A stretch of 63,391 nucleotides of DNA, filler included, from Basidiobolus ranarum (Eukaryota): the NCBI GenBank assembly GCA_040143965.1. It is 42 parts of 42 records of this genome, joined end to end, with 100 filler letters (N's around TTAATTAATTAA, not from the genome) between each part and the next. Parts side by side here need not be neighbours in the genome. Positions count along the whole stretch, not along the records: positions 48,436 to 49,842 come from JASJQH010012152.1; positions 49,943 to 51,348 come from JASJQH010012153.1; positions 51,449 to 52,854 come from JASJQH010012154.1; positions 52,955 to 54,360 come from JASJQH010012155.1; positions 54,461 to 55,866 come from JASJQH010012156.1; positions 55,967 to 57,371 come from JASJQH010012157.1; positions 57,472 to 58,876 come from JASJQH010012158.1; positions 58,977 to 60,381 come from JASJQH010012159.1; 34 more parts are not named here. One strand, given 5' to 3'. Below, piece by piece: positions 48,564-60,481 of the stretch. The notes beneath the pieces were generated by a model that saw only the letters and a program-made list of their open reading frames with translations, was not told the DNA's origin and did not search any database. The position numbers were made by a program, and so were the translations under genes. How positions within the stretch are numbered: position 1 is the stretch's first letter; each line of letters opens with the position of its first letter.

Positions 48564-49835
48564 ATGCTTTCTACCCAGGAAGAATCTACTGCCGCTATCA
48601 TTCAAAGTGTTTATCATGGTTATTGGTGCGAGCCCATAACTCTCCAACTACCTTCCGAAACTGACACCGTGTCGTTAATTGGTTTCTCCAAAACTAATCG
48701 GTATTACAACATCTCAAATTATAGCCTTTCTTCATAGCTCAGGCTAACCATACTTTCGTATTCGAAATTCGAGTCCTAATCCCTTCTTTAATTTGTTGAA
48801 CATAGTCTTCGACGAGAACTTCACGGCCTTACTCTTACTGCGACTCGTTGGCAAGAGATTCTGGAATTTATTCGAGCTCGTCTCTTAAGTAATCAAGATC
48901 TCCAGAAAGATATATCAAAATCGGAACGTGCTAGGAAACGTTGGCAACGAGCAGCGTTTTTTAGTGCTCGGTTAGGAAGAGTAGGTATTCAACGCATTAT
49001 ACGTATCGCGATATGGGGATTAATCCAAATATTTGGTATTTAGGGAATGTTACATGGTGGTTCAGATGATGCGCTACTTTTAAAAACTGCACACTGGCTC
49101 GAATGTGTTGATACCGAACACCGTTATGGCTCCAACTTGCATGTAAGATGATTGCTTAGTGTTGTACTGTAGTTGTTATTGACATATCACAATTAGTTCT
49201 ACCATGATTACTGGAAAGCTCAGTCCGACGCACATGAGAATTTCTTCCATTGGTTGGATCATGGCGGAGGAAAAGAACTGGATTTGCCTGAATGTCCACG
49301 AAGTAAATTGGAAAGCGAGAAATTGGTTTACTGCTCAGAAGAGGAAAGGGAAAAATTCCGGGTCATGGTTGATCCGGAAACTCGTTTATTAGTGTACGCT
49401 AGCTCTAATACACCTGTACATACATTTCCAGATCCTGAGTTGACTCAAGTATCTAGTGATATTGAACCAGATTCCACGGGAATTCGAATTATCAATTCTA
49501 TTTGCCAGTATAAAACTTCTAATGGCTTCAAATTCATATATGTCATTTCACCTACTGGAAATCTGTACGTTCATCGCAAAATCCGAGGTCGGTTTCAACA
49601 TTCTAGTTTCTTGGCAGGACAAAGTGTTTGGGGTGCTGGCGGTATCGAGGTTGTCCATGGAAAGTTGATAAAAGTTACTCTTCATAGTGGACATTATCGC
49701 CCCACAGTAAAGCATTTAGATCGTTTCGTTGAATATCTTAAAGCACAGGGAGTTGAATTGGACCATGTCATCAAGGAGACTTTTAAAAATAAGGGGAAGA
49801 AGAACTTCGAAATGAGAAACGCGCCTAAACCATAA
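48564..49835 (+). CDS. IQM-like IQ calmodulin-binding motif protein, complete; exons 48564-48625, 48806-48980, 49044-49142, 49197-49835
   Basis: AAIIQSVYHGYCLRREL (IQ-like), HWLECVDTEHRYGSNL, FFHWLDHGGGK, FQHSSFLAG and SGHYRP. Three GT-AG introns splice in frame. Confidence 0.88.
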
Positions 49836-49942
49836 TTCAAAANNNNNNNNNNNNNNNNNNNNNNNNNNNNNNNNNNNNNNNNNNNNTTAATTAATTAANN
49901 NNNNNNNNNNNNNNNNNNNNNNNNNNNNNNNNNNNNNNNNNN

Positions 49943-51348
49943 TACCTCTGAAGAAATCTTACAAACAATTATTAACAGAAACTTGAACATGAAAAACATC
50001 CCAATTTTAAGCCTTTTTCAGTCATTATACTATCTATTTTGAATCAGATTTCAACTATGGGATTGAAATTCTTAGGTCATAGGAAATGTTCACACATTAT
50101 TGGCTACAATACAGTACAACTTATGATGAAGTAATATCTGAAAACTATAACTTCTATTTTACTTATCTATTACTTGGAGATTACTTTGTCATCTTAAAAA
50201 TTTCCAGTTTCTTTTCTATTGTCTCTTCCACACTTATAATAAGTGCTTCATAACCTAAATTTGGCACACACCCAAAACAACTTTACATTATTACCTCCAT
50301 CAAAGTCCACCACAGCAATATCTGTTCTAACTCAACATTCATCCAGTTATCTGGCTGAAGCCTTTTGACATTACACCATTCTATAGTAAGTTCTTCCCAG
50401 ATATCTCAATTAACTGCACAATTAACATGAGCTGTCAAATAAAGTTAAAATTTAAACTGGACAAGTAACATATGATGTAGTTGCATTAGATTCTTCTCTT
50501 TAAGGCAGGCAAAGGAATATTCCAGTTCGCTTATTATTTACTCAGGACCTTGTAGTGTAACACCACTCACCATGGTAACAGGTACTTTAATAACTTAGCC
50601 TACTTCAGTAATTCAGTCTAATTTCAAATTTATCCAGAGTTTTAGTTACAGATGCAGAGCTATGAGTCACAGTGAATAGTGCTTAATCTCAACAAGAGAT
50701 ATTAGGCATAGGACAAGCAGGAAAATTTTTGACCTTTTCAGCTAGCATGCTGTGTGGTATAATCATAATCCTTGTAACAATATCTCTGTTACTATACTAG
50801 ACTTATTATATTGTATTCTTTGTGATACTGCAAAAAAAGTGTTGGTGAGAGAGTAAATTCAAGGCTCACTATCTCTTTTGCTTTTCATTTGAGTTTACTT
50901 TTTTCCTGCCCCTTAGCTACAGAACATGTCTGAATTAAGATATATCCAGGACTAATTCATTCAAATTTAAAGTGATTTTCTGAAAGTTTTGAAGTGATTT
51001 CTAAGATATTATCGTCAACATTACAAATAACAGCTGCTTTGACACTTAAAATCTGTTGCCTTGCTGGTTTACTATGTTATTTCACATTGATGTCCTCACA
51101 CAACTTCTTAGGAGGATGAAGGGTTTGGCTTTTAGATGATTTATTATGCATTCCTACTGGTAGACATATACCTGGAGCATAGTTCCAGGCAGAGTCTGCA
51201 TTCTAAAATGCTCTCAGAACCCTACTCTCAGAGTATGTAGGTTTATCATTGGTTGAGTTTGATACAACGTTTGATTGATTACTTGAGGTTGGTCAAATTG
51301 ATTTGAGTCAGATACTCTACCCGTTATCTTCAAGTCCAAAGAATCACC
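49943..51348 (-). mobile_element. Highly diverged relative of CACTA ORF2 and its subterminal region
   Basis: 50240-50410 translates as DIWEELTIEWCNV...WMNVELEQILLWWTLMEVI..CFG..PNLGYE, homologous to ORF 13924-14424. Confidence 0.6.
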
Positions 51349-51448
51349 NNNNNNNNNNNNNNNNNNNNNNNNNNNNNNNNNNNNNNNNNNNNTTAATTAA
51401 TTAANNNNNNNNNNNNNNNNNNNNNNNNNNNNNNNNNNNNNNNNNNNN

Positions 51449-52854
51449 ATTCCAAGGAACTTTGCCAGGAGTTTCATGAAGCCTACCCAGAAAAACCTGG
51501 CCCTATGATGTCTGCAAGCCATCACTAAAGAAGGGGATACTGTCATGATTCTGATCTTGCATGCTGATCCATTACAAATAGAACTTCTCTATTATTTGAT
51601 TATGACATTATACCTGCTGTGCCATCCCTTCTTAGCAATCTGTTGTCAGTTCATCCAAGTTATCTTATATGGAAATCATGTTCTTTGGAACATTCCATGA
51701 AACCTAACCAATCATGTCATCCTACACATAGTGTATTTCCACTAAGACCTTCCATGGAAGGTCACCTGATCATCCTTACATCATCCTGACATCATCCCTC
51801 TTTGTATTGGTCCTTGTAGTCCCCAACACCCCAACTCTTAAACTTGCCACAGTATATTCCCTATTCAGTATATTATGTTTCAAGCAAACTCCACCTCCTA
51901 CTCCATATTTGCCAACCTGCAAAGTATCCAACTCATCACCAGCTCAACTACTAAAAACATCTATAAAGTCAATATCCATTGACAGTATTGCTGAAGAGCT
52001 GAAACAAACATAACCTATGGTTCATAAGCTCCCCCCAAATGTCAAGCCTTTGATGATGTCTTTGAGAAGAAGAAATCTGATATACTCCCAGCTCACCACT
52101 CATATGATTGCCCTATAGATCTACAAGAAGGAAAACAACCACCATTTGGGCCTACATATTGGCTGACCCAGCCAGAACTCAAGATTCTGAAAGAGTATAT
52201 TGCAGAAAATCTGGAGAAACGATTTATCCAACATTTAAAGTCCCCAGCAGGCTCTTCAATCTGATTTGTTGAGAGAAAGGATGAATCCCTTCATCTCTGT
52301 GTTGAATATTGAGGCCTAAATAGCATTGCAGTCAAAAATCAGTACCTCTTGCCATTAATCAACTAACTCTTGGATCAGCTTGCTTCAGCCAAGGTGTTTA
52401 CAAAGATTGATCTAAGAGGTGCTTGCATTCTTGTAAGAATTAAACCTTGAGACCAATGGAAAACTGCCTTTTGAACTTGCTATGGACACTTTAAATATAA
52501 TGTCATGCCATTTGGACTTACTAATGCCCCAGCAGTCTTTCAACACATGATCAATGATATCTTCAGAGAGTATCTTGATCAATTTGTGGTTATCTACCTT
52601 GATGCTATCTTAATCTTCTCAAGCCCTCAAGAAGAACATAATATTCATATTTCCCAAGTCCTAGAAAGGTTGAAAACCTCTGGGCTCTATGCTAAACTTG
52701 AGAAATGTGAATTTGATCAAGCTCTAGTTGAATTCCTTGGATATAACATCAGCCCATCAGGCATCTCCTTGGACCTTAAGAAGGTTGAATCTGTTCTGTC
52801 TTGGGATATTTGCAAGAATGTGAAGGATGTCCAATCTTTCCTTGGATTTGCAAA
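51449..52854 (+). mobile_element. Ty3/gypsy chromovirus: chromodomain tail, PPT (51528-51540), truncated LTR (51541-51882), then RT
   Basis: SKELCQEFHEAYPEKPGP; AAGAAGGGGATAC|TGTCA; FTKIDL, MPFGLTNAPAVFQ, YLDAIL and KCEF. Confidence 0.92.
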
Positions 52855-52954
52855 NNNNNNNNNNNNNNNNNNNNNNNNNNNNNNNNNNNNNNNNNNNNTT
52901 AATTAATTAANNNNNNNNNNNNNNNNNNNNNNNNNNNNNNNNNNNNNNNNNNNN

Positions 52955-54360
52955 AAAATACAAAAATCTTGTTGTCTTAAGTCTCTACATATGCACATAC
53001 TTGACTTAACAGACATAACTCAACAACATCATTATGTCCTACCAGCAAACTAACAATGGAAAAATTGCTAAGCATCCAAATTTTGAATAGCACCAACACT
53101 TGGCAAATAGCTGACTCTTGTTACCACTCACAATGAGAATAAACTCTTGAATTTTGGCAAATTGCTATAGAGAATTCAGGTAAAATATCCCCAATATGCA
53201 GTCAACAAATGTCCTGCCACAAGTGAATGTGTCATGGCTTGAATAGATTACCCCAAGGCTGAAACAATAATACTGCATATCTTGATCTATCTCAGCAAGC
53301 AGTCTTTCTTGCAGCTTTCTTAGAAACACTGTTAGATTATTATATACTCAAATTAATCCAAAGTATAGAGGTACTCACTCTGTGTCCATGGATTGGGCTT
53401 TGTTGCTGTTATTGAGCTCAAACAATGCAAAAACCCATGAGCCCATTGGAAAAAGCCCTTTGTTGGATGGTTAATATACTCTGGAGTCTCCTTAACCTAT
53501 TGCACTACATGCATCACTGATTTTGCTGATAGATTGTAAATCAGATTAGTATGCAGTAATAATGCCAATTTAACATGGAGCATCATTTCACGCAGGTGTG
53601 CTCCATTGGGAACTCCCAAAATGTAAAGCAGGGGCCTGTAATCTCTAAGCATTGTGAAAGATGTGGTGGGAAATGTATTTAATATGGGCATAGATTCAGT
53701 TTTTCCTCTTTAAACCTGTAATAAAGTTTTTCATATTGAATCATAATATTTTCAAACAGTTGCTGTATCTGCCTGAGATCTGCCAATGTGGGTTAATGCC
53801 ATAAGAATATATTAACAATATCCACACATAACTCCCATTGTTGCCAATACTTATCCAGCAGAAACCTTTCAAGAATTCACTTGAATATATACCAATTCAA
53901 TAGTTCCCGTCTTTGTACCTGAATAAATGCCTAGATAAGTTGATATCGAAGTGAGTCCTGGTAAGATATGATGGTATCTTGACATTTTCAAGCATTATCC
54001 CAATTGATTCAAACTTTGATCCTATCTCAAAAGGCTCATTTGCATTAATTTTGCCAATGTATAGCTGAGTAAGAAATATTGGAATGTTGTTGAATAGTAA
54101 GTGCATATTGCCTAATGGGAAGCTCTGGCTCCAGCTGATGCCCATTATCAATATAATCTTAGGCTTACAGCTAATACAAAGTTTGATGTTAGACTGACTA
54201 TTTTGGGAATTGATATCAGTGATGATGTTGTGATCTGACCCTGATCTTGACAATAAAATCATGGAGTTTAGTTGTGTATTTGGATAGTAGTAATGCATAT
54301 GCCTGATAGAGTAGACTCCATTGATTTGACAAAATCTACAGCAAGATAATGCATTGGTCC
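52955..54360 (-). mobile_element. CACTA transposase C-terminal region, degenerate
   Basis: Collinear with 23260-24157. FPLGNMHLLFNNI. Confidence 0.83.
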
Positions 54361-54460
54361 NNNNNNNNNNNNNNNNNNNNNNNNNNNNNNNNNNNNNNNN
54401 NNNNTTAATTAATTAANNNNNNNNNNNNNNNNNNNNNNNNNNNNNNNNNNNNNNNNNNNN

Positions 54461-55866
54461 GAAAAAATTGATTAAATTCAAACCCATCTTGATGATTTTA
54501 TGACCATAAGTAAATGGTGAATCCCAGATGGATTAAAATTGTGACAATTTTCATACAATAACAATCCTCAAATTTCAGTTAGGGTACATGGAGCTTATAT
54601 AGATATTGCAGGGTGAAACATAATACAATGAATAGGGAATAGACTGTGGTAAGTTCAAGTGTTTTAGTGTTGGGGACTACAAGGATCAATACAAAGAGGG
54701 TTGATGTAAGGATGATCAGGTGACCTTCCATGGAAAGTCTTGGTAGAGATACACCCTGTGTGGGATGACTTGATTGGTTAGGTTTTGTGGAATGTTCCAA
54801 AGAACATGACCTCCATATAAGGTAACCTGGATCAACTAACACAAGATTGCCAAGTAAGGATGGCACAGCAGATATGATGTCATAATCTACTAATAGAAGA
54901 GTTCTATTTGCAGTTAATGAGTATGCCAAGATAAGAATCCTGACAATGATGTTAAATCATTTGGGAGCCTCTTGGAAGTGGTTTGGAGAATTAGAGGAAT
55001 TGATGGTTTTAACTTATTGATTTATCAAGTAGAAAGTTGATATTTGTAGTTTTGTCAAAATGTGAACAAACTAACGTGTAGAATATGTTACGGAAGGTTC
55101 CAGGAACATGTGTGCAAAGTTTGGGGCTTCTAGCACAAGTTTGAAAAATCTGTAAATCTGAGAACTTCTAAGTAGGTAAACATATTCTAAGTAAATTCCA
55201 ATTGAGAATAATTGACCATATCTTAGTGAATTATAAGATTACTAAGTACTAAGCTATATATGACTATATAGGTGTTTAGGCAATGCTAATTTCAACACTC
55301 TCCCTCAACTAAATAGTCATATAAACTAATCCAAATAAAGGTCTAAAGTTCTCAAATTTCTGTCTAGCTAATGGTTTGGTTAGTATATCAGCAATCATGT
55401 CTTCTGTAAAACAATATGTTAAGTCAATAAACTCATTCTCTAGAGTCTCTCTAATGAAATGATGCTTAATATATATATGTTTGCTTCTATTATGAAACAT
55501 GGGATTTTTAGCTAATTTGATACAACTTTGATTATCTTGTAATATTGTAGTTGGTGAATTTTGAGAATAACCCAAATCAGTTAAGAGTTTTCTTAACCAT
55601 ATTGCTTCTTTTGTTATTTCACAGGCAGCCATTTATTCAGCTTCTGTTGTTGAAAGTGCTATGGTAGGCTGTGTCTTTGAGTACCAAGAAATAGCTCCAT
55701 TACAACAAAGGAGTACCCTAACAGAAATTTGAGGATTGTTATCGTAGGAAAACCATCACAATTTTAATCCATTTGGGATTGACTGTTTACTTACCGTCAT
55801 AAAATCGTCAAGTTAGATTTGATTTTAATCAATTTTTTCAGTTTCAGGAGTGAAATTTCAAGATCT
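54461..55866. mobile_element. Nest: CACTA end B (to 54584), gypsy LTR (54585-54945, minus), copia 3' LTR A (54950-55297, minus) with PPT and RNaseH (55309-55715), CACTA end B (55716 onward)
   Basis: Each part matches copies elsewhere in the window. PPT AGTTGAGGGAGAG|TGTTGAAA links LTR A to RNaseH. Confidence 0.88.
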
Positions 55867-55966
55867 NNNNNNNNNNNNNNNNNNNNNNNNNNNNNNNNNN
55901 NNNNNNNNNNTTAATTAATTAANNNNNNNNNNNNNNNNNNNNNNNNNNNNNNNNNNNNNNNNNNNN

Positions 55967-56142
55967 ATTTTTCAAAGAAGCCCCAAACTTTGCACACATG
56001 TTCCTGGGACCTTCCTTAACATATTCTACACGTTAGTTTGTTTACATCTTGACAAAACTATAAATGTCAACTGAATAAGTGAAAACCACCAATTCCTCTA
56101 ATTCTCCAAACCAATTCCAACAGGCTCCCAAATACTTTGACA
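55967..56142 (+). mobile_element. Copia LTR A, 3' part
   Basis: Ends GCTCCCAAATACTTTGACA. Confidence 0.8.
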
Positions 56143-56830
56143 ATAAGAAGATTGTTGATTCTGAATCAAACCAACACAGTCTAGCAGTACAGAAACAGTT
56201 TTGTATTATAGCATTATAGATTCTTCTTAATATTCAATTTAATATAGTAGAGATAGTCACAATTTCCCAAATTTTGTGCATAGAGCAGAAGAAAGGCATA
56301 GGTGATACAAGTCAAGATAATATAGTTAAAAGTCATTGGAACTAAACCTGTAACCCACTATATATAGATAGAATAAATAATTCATTGATTTGGGACTCAG
56401 AACTGGCATGCCTGCTATAGACTGATCTGCCATAGAACACTATGATTGGCCACTGGTCTCTTCAGACAATGCTATTGATTTATTCAGCAGTCTTTTCACC
56501 AGTACAAGAGATTGAAATGCAGAGATACCTTGGAATTTTGGACTGGCCTACATATATCCAAATGTTTCTCCCATGTGTATGAACATATACACCATAGTAT
56601 AAATAGCTTATTGTCACAAAAATAATAGTTGGTCAAACCTAAAACTGTGAAATGGCAATGGTAGTTTAGACTGTTTCATTCTATTATACAAAATTAGGAT
56701 AGGCAATTTGTATGTCAGCACAATGAGGCACTATATAGTATGATGTTACTTACCAATCTATTACTGAGTAAATCTTGAACTTTATGACAAGTTCCTAAGA
56801 TATGGAGTTGCAAATTACCCAAGATATATT

Positions 56831-57179
56831 TGTTGAAATTGGCATTGCCTAAGCACCTATTTAGTCATATATAGCTCAGTAGTTAGTCATCTTGTATTTC
56901 ACTAAGATATTGCCCATAATTCTCCATTTGAATTTACTTTGAATATTTTTACCAACTTAGAAGTTCTCCCATATATTTAGACTTTTCAAACTTGTGCTAG
57001 GAGCCCTGGACTTTGTACATATGTTCCTAGGACCTTCTGTAACACACTCTACACATTAGTTTGCTTACATCTTGACAAAACTATAGATGTCACCTGAATA
57101 CTCAATAATCAATAAGTTAAAACCACAAATTTCTCTAATTCTCCAAGCCACTTTGAACAGGCTCCCAAATACTTTAACA
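56831..57179 (+). mobile_element. Solo LTR family A with a perfect 5-bp TSD (ATATT)
   Basis: TG...CA, 349 bp, flanked by ATATT at 56826-56830 and 57180-57184. Confidence 0.92.
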
Positions 57180-57238
57180 ATATTCACTGTTTGACCACAT
57201 ATATAGTACTTATATCTTAGGTAGGAAAACAGAGAACC

Positions 57239-57371
57239 TGTTGAAGTTTATTGTCTTTATCATATGTTATCCCTATCTTTATACACCTAACTATTTCATA
57301 TATCACATATTAGTTAGTCAACATTATTTAGTCAATTATCACTTAGCTGCAAATCGGAACATATATTTTAT
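57239..57371 (+). mobile_element. Copia LTR B, 5' part
   Basis: Matches 39438 onward. Confidence 0.8.
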
Positions 57372-57949
57372 NNNNNNNNNNNNNNNNNNNNNNNNNNNNN
57401 NNNNNNNNNNNNNNNTTAATTAATTAANNNNNNNNNNNNNNNNNNNNNNNNNNNNNNNNNNNNNNNNNNNNCACCTTGCCAGATCATCTACACCAAATTT
57501 TCTCTAGATCCTAGTTCCTCTTTTAATATTTGTAACCGTCGCTATGGTTACAATTCAATGCCCAATTAGTCAGCTCCTAATGGCTTCTATGTTCAAGTCT
57601 GTTATTGATTTAAATAACGATTACACCACCTGGTGTTTTCATCCCCCCAACCCTAAGAAGTAACATTAGGTAATACGTAAAAGGCCACTACATGGTAATA
57701 CAAGGTGGCATAACAGGAATTTTCGTTGATAGTTTGCATATTTCTCTAATGATGACAAACGATGTGCACAAACTACTATGATCACTCGGATTACTAATAC
57801 CTTTGTGCCAACATGACAAATCAACCTAAACTTATATGATGATATCTATAGCCTTCTTCCATGCAAAAATTTCAGTATAAAGGTGGCAGTCTTCCCTATA
57901 CCATATTTGCATACCATATTAAACTCCTCGAAGCATCGTAAGAACCATT

Positions 57950-58876
57950 ATGGAGAAAAGCAGCAGCTTACACAATATATTGAGACTACTTGTTCTCATA
58001 TACTTGACTTTCAGAGGCGAAGCGTCAGATACCGGTGCCTATAATTGTGTGCGCCCAGACTATCATCCCTCCAACAATACAATCTACAAGTCATTTCATC
58101 ACTATTCTACGAACATTGTGAACAACGACACTCGCGTAAAAATCCACTATGTTCGTGAAGGGCCAAAGGATGGCCAGACAGTGGTGTTGATTCATGGCTA
58201 TCCTCAGAGTTGGTACGAATGGAGACATCAAATCCCAGAACTTGTCAAGGCTGGGTATCAAGTGGTTGCATTCGATACCCGTGGTCAAGGAGAATCATCC
58301 ATCCCCGATGAGGGATATGATGGGTTAACCGTTGCAACCGATCTGCATCTTGTGCTACAATCGCTAAACATCACCAGAAATGTGCATGTTGTTGGCCACG
58401 ATATTGGAGTATGGATTGGATTTGCCTACGTAAAAGAGTTTGCTAATGAAGTTTCAAGCTTCACAGTAAGTGGGTCACCTATTCCCAATGAAATATTTGG
58501 GGATTTTTCAGCATATCCTAGACCCGGTATATTCAAATGGTGGTTTGCATCCTTGCAAACAGAGCCAAGTCCATTTCCAGAAGACCTTGTTAGATGTAAA
58601 GAGCGCTTATACTTTAGACATACTTTTGACTTTTTGATGCATCCAGATACCCGCTCTGGTATCAACGAAGAAGATTTCGATGAATACATCCGCATCCTGT
58701 CCCGAAAGAACGCATTCAGAGCCGGAAATGATTACTACAGAAACTTTTGGAAGACTGTAGATATATACAAATCTAAGGGATACTACAAGACACCTCTTAC
58801 CATTCCGGTACTTGCTGTAGTTGATACTGTTGTTGGTGCGCTCATTGCCTCAACTACGAAAGACTATGCCTCCAAC
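57950..58876 (+). CDS. Alpha/beta hydrolase of the epoxide hydrolase family, probably secreted, intronless, 3' truncated
   Basis: HGYPQSWYEW, D.RGQGES, VGHDIG (Asp nucleophile) and DYYR. Hydrophobic N-terminus; TATAAA near 57876. Confidence 0.9.
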
Positions 58877-59019
58877 NNNNNNNNNNNNNNNNNNNNNNNN
58901 NNNNNNNNNNNNNNNNNNNNTTAATTAATTAANNNNNNNNNNNNNNNNNNNNNNNNNNNNNNNNNNNNNNNNNNNNCTATAAAAGTCAAGATAGCATGAA
59001 ATAACCACAGTATTATGAC

Positions 59020-60381
59020 CAGAATTATGTAGATAGAAATGCAACTTTGGTTGAGCCAGAAAGTCCAGACAACTTTGAGGACTTGCTGGTGTATGTTGAC
59101 CTTGGTTGTGTTAAAGTATTTGGGAGCCTGTTGGAAGTGGTTTGAAGAATTAGAGGAATTGGTGGTTTTCATATGTTGATTTATTGAGTAGAAAGTTGAC
59201 ATTTATAGTTTTGTTAAGATATTAACATACTAATGTGTAGAATGTGTTAAGAAAGGTCCCAGGAACATGTGTACAAAGTTTGGGGCTTCTAGCACAAGTT
59301 TGAAAAATCTAAATATCTGAGAACTTCTAAGTTGGTAAAAATATTCAAAGTAAATTCCAATTGAGAATAATTGATAATATCTGAGTGAATTATAAGATAA
59401 CTAAGTACTAAGCTATATATGACTATATAGGTGTTTAGGCAATGCTAATTTCAGCAGGTTATTCCAATACTGATGGTAGTATATCAGAAGTTGAAGAAGA
59501 CAACAGTTTTGTTACAGACTCTTTGTTATCAGCAAGCATTAGTCCACTCACAACACTTACAGTAAAGGAAGCAGCTTTGATTATTTGGGAGTGGAGAGTT
59601 CAATCCAATCTTAGCAACCAGGTGTTCATTGGTTTTCTTGTACTTTTACCACAGTTGATTGGCAACTGTTGCTTGTCACAGACCTGGTACAAGTGGAAAA
59701 CACTTGTCAATTGTATGACTCATAATCCTTCAGTAATTAAACTACCTTCATGTCCAAATGGTTGTTTGGCTTTCACCAGCAATCTGTAAAACCTGAAGTC
59801 ATGTACTGTTTGGACACAATTGGCAAATACTGTATCAGGTAAATATTGTTCATATTTGGCCTACAAACCATTGATTCCTTGTCTTAAATTTTTGATGAAA
59901 TCACCCAAATATAGATCAATGATGCAATACCAAAATATTCAGCCTAAAGCTGATGGTATTACTGATATACTTGATGGATAGCACTACCAGAATCTGAAAA
60001 GTCAAGGTTTCTTTGAGAACATGTATGATCATATATTTGCATTGGCTCTGGATGGTTTCTTGCAAAACAAATATAACATTGGAAAGACTTGCTGGCCAAT
60101 AATTTTAATTAACTTAAATCTTCCTCCTTCTGAATGGTATAAGAGTTATTAGATTTTGATACTATCCATCATATCTGGACCTAAATCACCAGTGCCTATA
60201 GATAGCTTCTTGGAGCCTTTAATTGTGGAATTTGAATGGATATCCAATGGGCTTCAGATGGGTGAATATCTTATTAAAGCTAATATCATTGTATGTATTG
60301 GTGACACTCCTGCCATCAGTAAACTTGGAGGTTTTTGCAGGCACAATGCACTATCTTGCTGTAGATTTTGTCAAATCAATG
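59020..60381 (+). mobile_element. CACTA transposase fragment interrupted by a solo LTR
   Basis: Collinear with contig 1. The DLGYS codons are split by the insertion. Confidence 0.87.
59109..59456 (-). mobile_element. Solo LTR family A with TSD GGTTG/GGTTA
   Basis: TG...CA, 348 bp. 5-bp duplication (1 mismatch) at 59104-59108 and 59457-59461. Confidence 0.9.
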
Positions 60382-60481
60382 NNNNNNNNNNNNNNNNNNN
60401 NNNNNNNNNNNNNNNNNNNNNNNNNTTAATTAATTAANNNNNNNNNNNNNNNNNNNNNNNNNNNNNNNNNNNNNNNNNNNN

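Noticed and set aside
56480-56610. GVY-x10-YVG (GIY-YIG-like) on the minus strand
   Set aside because: Short, stop-bounded and lacks the downstream Arg/His/Glu pattern; could be chance. An HMM search would settle it.
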